Positions 16,486 through 25,537 of a stretch of 32,000 nt of DNA are shown here, one piece after another. Positions within the stretch are counted from its first letter, which is position 1. Each line of letters starts with the position of its first letter. The stretch comes from Candidatus Saganbacteria bacterium (GTDB lineage Bacteria > Margulisbacteria > WOR-1 > JAKLHX01), in NCBI GenBank assembly GCA_026387835.1, contig JAPLKZ010000010.1, forward strand, positions 296,379 through 328,378, in the 5' to 3' direction. Made by a program: the position numbers and the translations under genes. The notes under the pieces are model-generated. The model was not told the DNA's origin and did not search any database. It worked only from the letters and a program-made list of their open reading frames with translations.

Positions 16486-17460
16486 TTATTGTCTGAATAC
16501 ATATCGGACGACCCCTCCCACCTTTACCTTTTCAGCATCTGTAAGCTGTGCTGTGCCGTCGGTGGTCAACGATGAGCATATCGCGAGAAGATCTAGCGCG
16601 TATTTAAGTCCCGCCACTATTTTTCTTCTTTGCCCTGTCAACGGTATCACCGCTTCGTCTATCCTCAGTTGAAATTTGTTCATGGCCTCCAATGTTGTTG
16701 CCTCGAACAGTCTGTTCGGAAAAGGAAAGACATTCCCCATGGATGCCACGGAAAAGGTCGCCCCTGCCTTTAGCGCTTCTACTATTCTCGTTTCATCTCC
16801 CTGTCCCACTTCCACGAACCTGCTGTAACTTTCTATCCTTTCAAGGTCGCCTGAACTGTCCTTGATAGCGGGGACAATATTTGCTATGGAAGCCATCGTT
16901 TCCGGCAAAACATTCTCCCCTCTTGTGATCCCGGGATTATTATAGAAAAACAAGAAAAGCCCGCTTCCTTTTATTGTTTCATTCAGCCTTTCGGCGTGCC
17001 TGGCAATATCTCTGTTATTCCTGATGTAATATATCGGGGCTGCGACTATCCCTTTAATGTTATTGTGCACATTTGTTTCGGCTTTCCCTGCCGCGGTCCT
17101 CAATCCCGCGACAAAAGCCGCGTTTTCCAGGGTCTCCTCCTCTGAATCACCCGTAACATTCACAAAGACATTCAGGCGGGTACCCGCGCATGCCGAAAAA
17201 CTTCTGATAGTTTCTCTTCTGACCCCGCTCGGAAGGAATCTGAACTCCCCTGTTTCTCCCATTACGAAGATTGATGTACCGCCGATCTCTGTCAAATGCC
17301 TGACCAGACGACCTATCCCTTTGACATCCGGCAATAATCTTCCATCCTCCCTTATTAGCGGTGTTACGACCGGTGTGATATTTTCCCTCGCAAAAAGCGT
17401 TTTTCCTCTATGAACGATTTTTGTTGCCGGCTTTAGCGGTAATGCGTGATTGATGTTCAC
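16486..17460 (-). CDS. Dihydrodipicolinate synthase/N-acetylneuraminate lyase-family aldolase
   Basis: ENITPVVTPLIREDGRLLPDVKGIGRLVRHLTEIGGTSIFVMGETGEF..., FLFFYNNPG, VPAIKDSSGDLERI (Schiff-base Lys), GQGDETRIVEALKAGATFSVASMGNVFP. GTG start at 17460 with AAGGAG RBS. Confidence 0.85.
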   Translation of the reverse strand: MNINHALPLKPATKIVHRGKTLFARENITPVVTPLIREDGRLLPDVKGIGRLVRHLTEIGGTSIFVMGETGEFRFLPSGVRRETIRSFSACAGTRLNVFVNVTGDSEEETLENAAFVAGLRTAAGKAETNVHNNIKGIVAAPIYYIRNNRDIARHAERLNETIKGSGLFLFFYNNPGITRGENVLPETMASIANIVPAIKDSSGDLERIESYSRFVEVGQGDETRIVEALKAGATFSVASMGNVFPFPNRLFEATTLEAMNKFQLRIDEAVIPLTGQRRKIVAGLKYALDLLAICSSLTTDGTAQLTDAEKVKVGGVVRYVFRQ

Positions 17461-17490
17461 TGAATTATGGCTCCTTCTTATCAGAACTTT

Positions 17491-17527
17491 TACAAATATC
17501 TATCGGCGGGTATTTTTTGAAATTTCA
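17491..17527 (-). promoter_or_regulatory. Conserved 37-nt upstream motif, copy D (before the aldolase)
   Basis: Minus strand TGAAATTTC-AAAAAATACCCGC-CGATAGA-TATT-TGTA, followed by AAAGTTCTG. Confidence 0.8.
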
Positions 17528-17568
17528 GCGAATATCAGGGAGACACATAAAAAGGGAGGCTTGGGTCC

Positions 17569-17991
17569 CTATCCTATCTTTAGAAGCCAGACCCCTATCA
17601 CAGCGAGGATGACTCCGAGCAGCTTCAAAAGGCTGAAGGATTCTCCTAGAAGAAAGATGCCAAGTACAAATGTTATAAGAGGGTAACTGCCCGATATTGG
17701 GACGATCCTGGACATTTCTCCCCATTTAAGCGCGTGGTAAAAAAGTATCGTCGCCACAAAACTCGCCAGGAACCCGCCGGTCATGACAAGCAGGGCTGAC
17801 CTGAGGTCGACTGATCTTATTTCCGCCGGCTTTAAAAAGAAAAGTACAAGTATCACCAGACCGATCAAAACGCCGCAGCTCCGGTAAAAAAGCCCGACAA
17901 GGGGTTCTATCTTCCCGAGTCCTATCTTTTCAAGCAGGGGGACAAATCCCCAGATGACGGCCGCCATTATCGCTAACCAGAAAGAGCTCAT
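17569..17991 (-). CDS. EamA/DMT-superfamily small transporter
   Basis: MSSFWLAIMAAVIWGFVPLLEKIGLGKIEPLVGLFYRSCG... FYHALKWGEMSRIVPISGSYPLITFVLGIFLLGESFSLLKLLGVILAVIGVWLLKIG. Confidence 0.85.
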   Translation of the reverse strand: MSSFWLAIMAAVIWGFVPLLEKIGLGKIEPLVGLFYRSCGVLIGLVILVLFFLKPAEIRSVDLRSALLVMTGGFLASFVATILFYHALKWGEMSRIVPISGSYPLITFVLGIFLLGESFSLLKLLGVILAVIGVWLLKIG

Positions 17992-17995
17992 CTTA

Positions 17996-18292
17996 TTACA
18001 TTCTCTCCAGTGTTTCTTTCCCCGTAAATCCTTCTTTGATACCAAGCAAGACTGCCGGCGCGTTGACTGAGACCGCGCTTGCTTTGAGCAGATCATCTAA
18101 TGTATTAATAGAGCCTTCAGCGGCTTTAACTTTTACCGCGGGAAAACCGAACTTTTCAAATGTCGCAATATCTATTATCCCGCAGCCCACAATGCCTTTA
18201 TTCGTCTTTGCAAATACGAGCTTGACCGGGCCAAAGTCGATAATGTATCCGTCCGCGCTTTTTGATGCTAATTGAATTTTTTCGGTTTTCAT
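17996..18292 (-). CDS. DUF1805-family (YunC-like) protein
   Basis: MKTEKIQLASKSADGYIIDFGPVKLVFAKTNKGIVGCGIIDIATFEKFGFPAVKVKAAEGSINTLDDLLKASAVSVNAPAVLLGIKEGFTGKETLERM. Confidence 0.78.
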   Translation of the reverse strand: MKTEKIQLASKSADGYIIDFGPVKLVFAKTNKGIVGCGIIDIATFEKFGFPAVKVKAAEGSINTLDDLLKASAVSVNAPAVLLGIKEGFTGKETLERM

Positions 18293-18335
18293 TTTTAAAA
18301 TCCTCGCCCCGCCTTGGCCGGGACCGGCGGTGAGG

Positions 18336-19304
18336 TTATATCGCCAGGACCTTCGCCAGTTTATAAGAATCCATATCAATCTGTTTTTTCGCTTTTAATA
18401 CTTCTTTTATCGGGAATGAAGTGATCTTATTTTTGTTGGTCGCGACCATCCTGTTCATCTTTCCCTGCAGGATGAGATCGACCGCCTCTTCACCGAATTT
18501 ACACGCGAGGATCCTGCCGAACGCGTTCGGTGTTCCGCCCCTCTGTATATATCCGAGGATCGAAACTTTGACATCCAGGTCCGTTTCTTTCCTTATCTCG
18601 TCCGCGACTTTGTTCGGATCTCCGGCGCCTTCCGCCATGACAATAATACTGCTTGATTTGCCTCTTTTGTGTCCTGCCAGAATATTCTTTACGACACTGT
18701 CGATGCTCCACTTTACTTCGGGCACAAGGATGACTTCGGCCCCGCAGGAGAGCCCTACCTCGACCGCCAGGAACCCGTGCTCCCGGCCCATCACCTGTAC
18801 TATAAAGACCCTCTCGTGTGAAGACGCGGTGTCCCTGATCTTATCTACAGCTTCGACCGCCGTGTCTACCGCTGTCATATATCCGATCGTGAAATCGGTG
18901 AGCGGCAGATCGTTGTCGATCGTCGCCGGGACCACAACGCACGGAAAGCCAAAATCATCTTCAAGTTCTTTTGCTCCGTGAAGTGACCCGTCGCCGCCGA
19001 TTATGACCAGGACATCTATCCTGTTCTTTTTAAGGTTGGAAAAAGCTTTTTTTCTTGAACTCTTTTGCTTGAACTCCGGGGACCTGACAGTATGAAGGAT
19101 GGTCCCCCCCCTGTTGATTATTCCGCCAACCGATTTAACGTCAAGAGGGCAGATTTCCCCTTTTATCAGTCCCGCAAATCCTTTTTCGATGCCGACGACC
19201 TCAAGGCCGTTAAAGATCGCTGACCGGACAACCGCCCTTATCGCCGCGTTCATTCCTGGAGCATCGCCGCCTGTCGTAAGCACACCGATTCTTTTAATTT
19301 TCAT
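18336..19304 (-). CDS. pfkA: 6-phosphofructokinase (ATP-type active site)
   Basis: MKIKRIGVLTTGGDAPGMNAAIRAVVR, VIGGDGSLHGA, VPATIDNDLPLTDFTIGYMTAVDTAVEAVDKI, ILGYIQRGGTPNAFGRILACKFG. GGDGS rather than GGDDS suggests ATP use. Confidence 0.94.
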   Translation of the reverse strand: MKIKRIGVLTTGGDAPGMNAAIRAVVRSAIFNGLEVVGIEKGFAGLIKGEICPLDVKSVGGIINRGGTILHTVRSPEFKQKSSRKKAFSNLKKNRIDVLVIIGGDGSLHGAKELEDDFGFPCVVVPATIDNDLPLTDFTIGYMTAVDTAVEAVDKIRDTASSHERVFIVQVMGREHGFLAVEVGLSCGAEVILVPEVKWSIDSVVKNILAGHKRGKSSSIIVMAEGAGDPNKVADEIRKETDLDVKVSILGYIQRGGTPNAFGRILACKFGEEAVDLILQGKMNRMVATNKNKITSFPIKEVLKAKKQIDMDSYKLAKVLAI

Positions 19305-19337
19305 GATTTTATCCTTTGGCATAATTATATCACTAAG

Positions 19338-20276
19338 CTAAAAAGGATTATTCTTGCTGAAATCCGGCAGATATGTTTCCGTCGACGACATTTCCTGTAT
19401 CAGATAGTTTTCCAGCTTCAAGCTCTGCGCGTGCCTTATCACATCCCAATATTCTTCCGGTGTTATCTTCCTGTTAAGCTCGGGATATTCTTTAGCTTTG
19501 TTCTGCGGGCTGTACTGCGACATTATGCTTATCCATATATCCTTTGATATGGAGGACAAAAAATCAAGAACTTCTTTTCCGCCTGAAATATTGTTTGGCA
19601 GGCCCAGGTGCCGCACCAAGAGGCCTTTTAGGGCGATATCTTCTCCATCCAAAACTAAATTGCCGGCCTGCCTGAACATTTCTTTTATCCCGGCCTTTGC
19701 GGTCTCGACATAATTCTCGGCGTTGGAATATTTTTTAGCTTTTTCATCATCAAAATATTTAAAGTCGGGCATATATATGTCGGCTATTCCGTCAAGTATC
19801 TTCAAAAGCTCTAAAGAATCATAACCGTTGGTATTATAGACGACCGGAATATCCAGGCCTTTTTCAAAAGCGATCTTCAAAGCCGCAAGTATCTGCGGCA
19901 TGAAATGGGTCGGCGAAACAAGATTGATATTATGGCAGCCTTTTTTCTGCAGAGACAGCATTATGTCCGCAAGTTCTTTTTCGCTGACTTTTTTCCCGAG
20001 GTGCTTCTGGCTTATTTCGTAGTTCTGGCAATAAGCACAAGAAAGGTTGCAATAAGTAAAGAATATCGTTCCCGAGCCTTTTGTCCCTGAAAAAACAGGC
20101 TCCTCTCCGAGATGCGCCGTATAAGATGAAATATATATATCTTTTCCTGCTCCACAGATGCCTAGCCCGCCTGACGTCCTGTCCGCCCCGCACCTGTGCC
20201 CGCATAAACAGCAGCGCTTTAAAAGTTCCTGCGCCTGTTTTATCCTCTCCTCTATGATTGTTGCTTTTGATGGCAT
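19338..20276 (-). CDS. Radical SAM protein, PflA/AmmeMemoRadiSam-like
   Basis: CCLCGHRCGADRTSGGLGICGAG, TYCNLSCAYCQNYEISQK (CxxxCxxC), VYNTNGYDSLELL, IADIYMPDFKYFDDEKAKKYS, VRHLGLPNN, WISIMSQYSP. Confidence 0.9.
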   Translation of the reverse strand: MPSKATIIEERIKQAQELLKRCCLCGHRCGADRTSGGLGICGAGKDIYISSYTAHLGEEPVFSGTKGSGTIFFTYCNLSCAYCQNYEISQKHLGKKVSEKELADIMLSLQKKGCHNINLVSPTHFMPQILAALKIAFEKGLDIPVVYNTNGYDSLELLKILDGIADIYMPDFKYFDDEKAKKYSNAENYVETAKAGIKEMFRQAGNLVLDGEDIALKGLLVRHLGLPNNISGGKEVLDFLSSISKDIWISIMSQYSPQNKAKEYPELNRKITPEEYWDVIRHAQSLKLENYLIQEMSSTETYLPDFSKNNPF

Positions 20277-20310
20277 TGTTAGATATCATTATATCAACCC
20301 AAAAAGCTCT

Positions 20311-21930
20311 ATGAAAAGACAACAGCCTATAAAGATCGCCCTCTGCCAGATCAACCCGACCGTCGGGGACCTAAAAGGCAATGCACAAACAATAATTGGG
20401 AATATCAACAAATGTAAAGAACTCGGGATTGATATTGCCGTTTTCCCCGAGCTTGCTGTCACCGGCTATCCTCCCGAAGATCTTCTTTTAAAGGCGAATT
20501 TTGTCGGCGACAACATCGCCGCATTAAAAGGAATAATCAAAGATTGCAGGGGCATAGTCGCCGTTATTGGTTTTGTTAATAAAAAAAGCGGGAGGCTGTT
20601 CAACTCCGCTGCAGTAATAAAGGACGGAAGAATTATCGGTATCTATGACAAGATATGCCTTCCTAATTACGGCGTGTTCGACGAAAAAAGATATTTCTCG
20701 GCCGGGAACCGTATTGTGAAATTCAAGCATAAAAATCTTACTGTCGGTATCTGCATATGTGAGGACATCTGGGACGATGGCGGGCCCGCATTCAAGCTCT
20801 CAAAAGAAAAGGTGGATTTGATATTTGCAATAAATGCTTCCCCGTATTCCGTTGAAAAGTGGAAAGAAAGAGAAAAACGGGCAAAACGGCTGGTGAAAAA
20901 CAAAAGATCTGTTTTTGCTTATTTGAACCTTGTTGGCGGCCAGGATGAACTTGTTTTTGACGGCCACTCCTTTGTCATGGGGCCTCAGGGAAAGATCCTT
21001 GCCCGCGGTAAACAGTTCGAGGAAGATCTGATCGTTTTTGAACTTCCCTTAGCCCGCGAACCACACGCCACGAACCATGCACCACTTTCAAGGGCTGCCG
21101 AGATCTATCGCGCACTCTGCCTGGGCCTTAAAGACTACGTCAGGAAAAACGGCTTTAAGAAAGTCTTCCTCGGCCTTTCCGGCGGTATAGACTCGGCGCT
21201 GGTAGCAACCATAGCCGCTGATGCTCTCGGGAAAGATAATGTTGAGACGCTTTTTATGCCTTCACGGTACACTTCGGAGCAGAGCCTGGCTGATGCGATG
21301 CTTCTTGCGCAAAACCTCGGCATCGAATGTAAGGAGATCGGCATTCAGGGCATACTTGAAAAATATATCGGGGAACTGGACCACTATTTCAAGGGGATCC
21401 CTTCAAACGTCGCCGAAGAGAACCTTCAGGCGCGCATCAGGGGAAATCTTTTGATGGCTTTCTCGAACAAGTTCGGCTCCCTGGTCCTGGCGACCGGCAA
21501 CAAAAGTGAAGTCTCTACAGGCTACGCCACTTTATACGGGGATATGGCCGGAGGCCTTTCGGTAATTAAAGATGTCCCTAAAACCACTGTTTATGAGCTT
21601 GCGGATTATAGAAATTCGGTCTCGCCGGTCATACCGCGCACAATAATCGAAAGAGCGCCCACGGCGGAACTAAAGCCGGGCCAGAAAGACCAGGACACCC
21701 TGCCTGAGTATGATGTGCTGGATAAAATAATCGATCAATATGTCGAAAAGGATAAAGGCGCCGGCGATATAGCAAAAAAAGGGATTAGCAAAGAAGTCGT
21801 TGAAAGAACGGTCCGCATGATAGACATGAATGAATACAAAAGACGACAGTCCGCCCCCGGGATAAAGATCACTCCGAAAGCTTTCGGAAAAGACAGAAGG
21901 CTGCCCATAACAAACCGTTATCCCGGATAA
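20311..21930 (+). CDS. nadE: Glutamine-dependent NAD+ synthase
   Basis: MKRQQPIKIALCQINPTVGDLKGN (nitrilase domain; FPELAVTGYPPEDLL, YDKICLPNYGVFDEKRYF, GICICEDIW); synthetase domain LGLSGGIDSALVATIA, LVLATGNKSEVSTGYATLYGDMAGG. Confidence 0.96.
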   Translation: MKRQQPIKIALCQINPTVGDLKGNAQTIIGNINKCKELGIDIAVFPELAVTGYPPEDLLLKANFVGDNIAALKGIIKDCRGIVAVIGFVNKKSGRLFNSAAVIKDGRIIGIYDKICLPNYGVFDEKRYFSAGNRIVKFKHKNLTVGICICEDIWDDGGPAFKLSKEKVDLIFAINASPYSVEKWKEREKRAKRLVKNKRSVFAYLNLVGGQDELVFDGHSFVMGPQGKILARGKQFEEDLIVFELPLAREPHATNHAPLSRAAEIYRALCLGLKDYVRKNGFKKVFLGLSGGIDSALVATIAADALGKDNVETLFMPSRYTSEQSLADAMLLAQNLGIECKEIGIQGILEKYIGELDHYFKGIPSNVAEENLQARIRGNLLMAFSNKFGSLVLATGNKSEVSTGYATLYGDMAGGLSVIKDVPKTTVYELADYRNSVSPVIPRTIIERAPTAELKPGQKDQDTLPEYDVLDKIIDQYVEKDKGAGDIAKKGISKEVVERTVRMIDMNEYKRRQSAPGIKITPKAFGKDRRLPITNRYPG

Positions 21931-21987
21931 CATATCCGGATTTGTCTGTTTACATTCTTTATAAATGAATATATAATTTCTAAAACA

Positions 21988-23679
21988 ATGAGTTTGGAAC
22001 GCGTCACTATCCCGCGGATGCTGAAAGACTGCGCCGACAAGTTCGGGCCTTATGTCGCGCTGCAGATGAAGGCTGAGAATGGCGGTTATAAAAAGATCAC
22101 CTACGCCGAGCTTCACGCTGCCGTACAGGACATCGGATTCTTTCTTCTTAAAAACAGGATAAACAAAGGCGACAGGATCGCCTTGTTCTGCGAGAACAGG
22201 CCTGAATGGCCTTTTGTTTATTTCGGTATAACTAGTATCGGAGCGATAGTGGTGCCGCTCGACCCGAAATTGGAATCCGGAGAGATATTAAATCTTTTAG
22301 AGAACAGCGGAGCACTGATGGCCTTTTGTTCGGACACGCTTCTTTCAAAATTGGAAAATATAAAGGCGCGGGTCCCGTCATTGAAAGAGATCTTGAACAT
22401 CGACAAAGACCTTGAGGGCATCTTGAGCTCGTCTTACTTTGACGCCATGCCGGTCGACCGGGCGGAACCCGATGATATCGCGTCCATAATCTACACGTCC
22501 GGAACGACCGGCAATCCCAAGGGAGTTATGCTTTCGCATAAAAATATTCTTTCGAATGTGGTTGAAATAGCCCCGATATTTCACATGATAGGCCCGGGCG
22601 ATAATTTCCTGTCGGTGCTGCCGAACTATCACGCTTTCGAGACGACGGCCGGCATGTTCTGCCCGATCTATTTGGGCGCGACGATCACTTATGCCGAAAG
22701 CCTTAAATCTTACAGCCTCATCAAGAACATGCAGGAGACCAAGGTGACGGTCCTTTGCGCCGTGCCGCTTTTATACAAACTTTTCCTTGACGGGATCAAG
22801 CGGCAGGTAGAGGAGAAAGGGGGGTTCGCCAGGGTCCTTTTTGCCCTTCTTTTTCTGCTTTCGCGGCTGTCACGGTTATTCCGGGCCAATATCGGAAGGT
22901 TTCTTTTCGGCATGGTCCACAGGACGTTCGGAGGAAATATAAAATTCTTTGTCTCGGGCGGAGCCGCGATCGACCCGGATATAATAAAAGAATTTGACCT
23001 GATGGGTTTTACCATCCTGCAAGGTTACGGTCTTACGGAGACAGCCCCCATCCTTTCCGCCTGCACCCTGGATAATAATGTCTTTGGTTCAGTCGGAAAG
23101 GCCCTGCCCGGCATTGAGATAAAGATATCGAATCCAAACAGCCGGGGAATAGGAGAGATCACGGCAAAAGGCCCCAACATAATGAAGGGATACTATAAAA
23201 ACCCGGAAGCGACCGCAGAGATCTTAAGGAATGATTGGTTTTATACCGGCGATCTCGGGCGGATCGATGACAAAGGCAATATCTACATCACCGGCAGGTC
23301 CAAAGATGTGATAGTGCTGGGGTCCGGCGTCAATGTATATCCTGACGAGGTTGAATTCATCCTTTCCAAAAGCCCGTTCATTCAGGAGATCTGCGTCTTC
23401 GGCGGTTCTATCAGAAAAGGTGCAAAGGCCGGGACAGAAGAAGTCCGGGCCGCGGTGGTGCCGAATATCGAAAAGATCGCGGATTGGGTACTAAAAAGAA
23501 ATTCCCATCTGACGGACGATCTGATATCCGAGATCCTCGGCAAGGAAATAGACAGTTACGGAAAGTTGTTGACGGAATATAAAAGGGTCTCTAAATATTA
23601 TGTTTCGAGAGAAGAGCTCCCAAAGACCGCGACAAAAAAGATAAAAAGGTTCCGGGTAAAACAGACTTTTAAGGAGTAA
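21988..23679 (+). CDS. AMP-dependent acyl-CoA synthetase/ligase (long-chain fatty acid type)
   Basis: IIYTSGTTGNPKGVMLSHKNIL, LPNYHAFETTAG, GYGLTETAPILSA, WFYTGDLGRIDDKGNIYITGRSKDVIVLGSGVNVYPDEVE. Confidence 0.93.
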   Translation: MSLERVTIPRMLKDCADKFGPYVALQMKAENGGYKKITYAELHAAVQDIGFFLLKNRINKGDRIALFCENRPEWPFVYFGITSIGAIVVPLDPKLESGEILNLLENSGALMAFCSDTLLSKLENIKARVPSLKEILNIDKDLEGILSSSYFDAMPVDRAEPDDIASIIYTSGTTGNPKGVMLSHKNILSNVVEIAPIFHMIGPGDNFLSVLPNYHAFETTAGMFCPIYLGATITYAESLKSYSLIKNMQETKVTVLCAVPLLYKLFLDGIKRQVEEKGGFARVLFALLFLLSRLSRLFRANIGRFLFGMVHRTFGGNIKFFVSGGAAIDPDIIKEFDLMGFTILQGYGLTETAPILSACTLDNNVFGSVGKALPGIEIKISNPNSRGIGEITAKGPNIMKGYYKNPEATAEILRNDWFYTGDLGRIDDKGNIYITGRSKDVIVLGSGVNVYPDEVEFILSKSPFIQEICVFGGSIRKGAKAGTEEVRAAVVPNIEKIADWVLKRNSHLTDDLISEILGKEIDSYGKLLTEYKRVSKYYVSREELPKTATKKIKRFRVKQTFKE

Positions 23680-23681
23680 AC

Positions 23682-23921
23682 ATGGAAAACCTCGATCAGG
23701 AAATAAGATCCATCATTTCAAGGGTGATAAAACTCCCCGAAGACAAGATCGAACCGAACACGGACCTTTTTAGGGACCTGGGGGTGGATTCCCTTCTCGG
23801 GGTCGAGATATTTGCGACGCTCGACAAAAAATACAAGATCGATCTTCCGGAAAAAAAGCTGGAAAAGATCCGGACTCTAAATGACATAATAAGCCTTGTC
23901 AAAGAAAAGACGGGCGGATGA
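23682..23921 (+). CDS. Acyl carrier protein
   Basis: MENLDQEIRSIISRVIKLPEDKIEPNTDLFRDLGVDSLLGVEIFATLDKKYKIDLPEKKLEKIRTLNDIISLVKEKTGG, with the phosphopantetheine Ser in GVDSLLGVE. Confidence 0.94.
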   Translation: MENLDQEIRSIISRVIKLPEDKIEPNTDLFRDLGVDSLLGVEIFATLDKKYKIDLPEKKLEKIRTLNDIISLVKEKTGG

Positions 23922-23925
23922 AACC

Positions 23926-24654
23926 GTGAATGAAGACACCTCTTCATATTGGCGGAAGGTCCTGAAACTTGACGAATTGAACATTTGTGATGTCGCCTTG
24001 AAATGCGACAGGCATCTGATATCGCTCAGACGGCCTTTAAGGGCTTTTGCATCTTTGTTGTTCTTCAAGATGTTCCGCCTGTCTTCATCCGGGGTGGAAA
24101 ACCTTCCCGAAAAAGCGCCTTTCATCATCGCATCCAATCATGCAAGCAGTTTTGATTTCCCTGCCGTCTTTTTGTGCCTTCCAAAATTTCATCGGGATAA
24201 GGTTTGCGTTATCTATAAGGGGCTTTACGATAAGATCCCTTTTGCAAGGATGTTCATAAAAAGTTTTGCCCCATCATTCTCCGTGGACAGCAAAAGTGAT
24301 TTTTTGAGCGCGATGTCCACCGCTGCGAATGCTCTGATGTGCGGCAGGATCCTTTATATAGCTCCCGAAGGGACCAGGAACTCGGGGGAGATCCTTCCTT
24401 TTAAGGTGGGGGTCGGTGCTCTCGCAGTTGAGACCGGGACTCCTGTTGTCCCGGCTTATATTAAAGGCTCCGACAAGGCTCTGCCTAGAGGCAGTTTCAT
24501 CCCGAGGAAGCATCCCATAAAAGTATTTTTCGGAAAACCGCTTGATCCGCGGCCTTATTTTGAGAAAAAAAAGAGCACTGCTGCTTATGATGTATATAAA
24601 GAATTCGCGGACGACCTCCGGCTTTCAATAATAAGGCTTAAAGAAAAGGCCTAA
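23926..24654 (+). CDS. 1-acyl-sn-glycerol-3-phosphate acyltransferase (PlsC-like)
   Basis: IIASNHASSFDFPAVFLCLPK (HX4D-like), LYIAPEGTRNSGEILPFKVGVGALAVETGTPVVPAYIKG. Start uncertain: TTG 23896, or GTG 23926 chosen here. Confidence 0.9.
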   Translation: MNEDTSSYWRKVLKLDELNICDVALKCDRHLISLRRPLRAFASLLFFKMFRLSSSGVENLPEKAPFIIASNHASSFDFPAVFLCLPKFHRDKVCVIYKGLYDKIPFARMFIKSFAPSFSVDSKSDFLSAMSTAANALMCGRILYIAPEGTRNSGEILPFKVGVGALAVETGTPVVPAYIKGSDKALPRGSFIPRKHPIKVFFGKPLDPRPYFEKKKSTAAYDVYKEFADDLRLSIIRLKEKA

Positions 24655-24732
24655 GAATGATTTGATTTACAATATCGGGATCTTGTTATATCATATCCTT
24701 AGCTTTCACTTTTATTCATCAAGGAGTAATAA

Positions 24733-25473
24733 ATGAAAAGAGTTTTCGTTTTGGTTTTCGTTCTTATGTTCCTTTCTTCCTTGGTTTTTGCGTCGCCCCG
24801 TCCTGTCCCTGGCATCTCACCCGCCAAAGGGAAGGTCATTCCCGAGACCCCTTTCCTGAAACAGGATGAGCAGAATACGCCCACTATGGGAGAGCTGTCT
24901 CAGCCTATGGTGATGAAAAGGCTGAACCTTCCTGCGCTTCTCACCAGAAAGGATTACCGTCTCGGGATAAGGTTCGGCTTGATGGCCCCTTGCGACAGCG
25001 TGTCCGTCACGAAGGATTGGCCTTTTGCCATCGGTTTTGATTTTGACGGCAAGCTCAATAAAAATCTTGATATCGGGCCCAGGATCACTTATGTGAACAA
25101 GAAATTCAATAATGGCACAAGCGTCAATGCTAACTATGGTTTTCTCATGCTCGGCTTCGGCGGCAGGCTATACCTTGCATATTTTGGTGACTATGGCAGC
25201 GCACACGGTTTTCTCAACGCTTACCTAGCGGGGGATATTAATTATGCGATAGCAAATAAGGGCTTTGATCTGTTGCCCTCTTCGTCTTCTCCTTCGTCTT
25301 TCAGCGGTTTCGTGGCAAATGCCGGCATTGGTATGGAGGCGGCATTTAGCCCCAATAACACCGGGTTCGTGGATGTCCGTTATCAAAAAGGCAGCACTAA
25401 GGACTCGAACGGGATAAGTTTTCCTGATGAAGGGTTCTTGTTAAGTCTCGGAACACGATTATCCTTCTTTTAA
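24733..25473 (+). CDS. Putative outer-membrane beta-barrel protein, paralog 1
   Basis: Signal peptide MKRVFVLVFVLMFLSSLVFA; alternating amphipathic strands; C-terminal ...LLSLGTRLSFF* with the terminal Phe typical of BAM substrates; similar to 25538..26224. Confidence 0.7.
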   Translation: MKRVFVLVFVLMFLSSLVFASPRPVPGISPAKGKVIPETPFLKQDEQNTPTMGELSQPMVMKRLNLPALLTRKDYRLGIRFGLMAPCDSVSVTKDWPFAIGFDFDGKLNKNLDIGPRITYVNKKFNNGTSVNANYGFLMLGFGGRLYLAYFGDYGSAHGFLNAYLAGDINYAIANKGFDLLPSSSSPSSFSGFVANAGIGMEAAFSPNNTGFVDVRYQKGSTKDSNGISFPDEGFLLSLGTRLSFF

Positions 25474-25480
25474 GAAGGGC

Positions 25481-25509
25481 TTGAATTGATATAACATTTG
25501 CTATATAAT
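25481..25509 (+). promoter_or_regulatory. Sigma70-type promoter for the second barrel gene
   Basis: TTGAAT (25481..25486) - 17 bp - TATAAT (25504..25509), 28 nt before ATG 25538. Confidence 0.75.
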
Positions 25510-25537
25510 TTAATAAATTTTTTATAAGGGGGTAATC

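Noticed and set aside
11967-17527. Sigma54 (-24/-12) or plain sigma70 identity for the 37-nt motif
   Set aside because: There is no GG-N10-GC pattern. The -10-like CGATAGA and -35-like TGAAAT are poor sigma70 boxes. An alternative sigma or other regulator fits better but is not proven.
21917-21939. Terminator at the nadE stop (CCGGAT-AACAT-ATCCGG)
   Set aside because: Only a 6-bp stem, overlapped by an alternative GTTATC/GATAAC hairpin and lacking a real U-tract. Too weak to call.
25463-25479. CCTTCTT-TTT-AAGAAGG hairpin at the end of barrel paralog 1
   Set aside because: Short 3-nt loop, low-GC stem and no U-tract after it. Not a convincing terminator.
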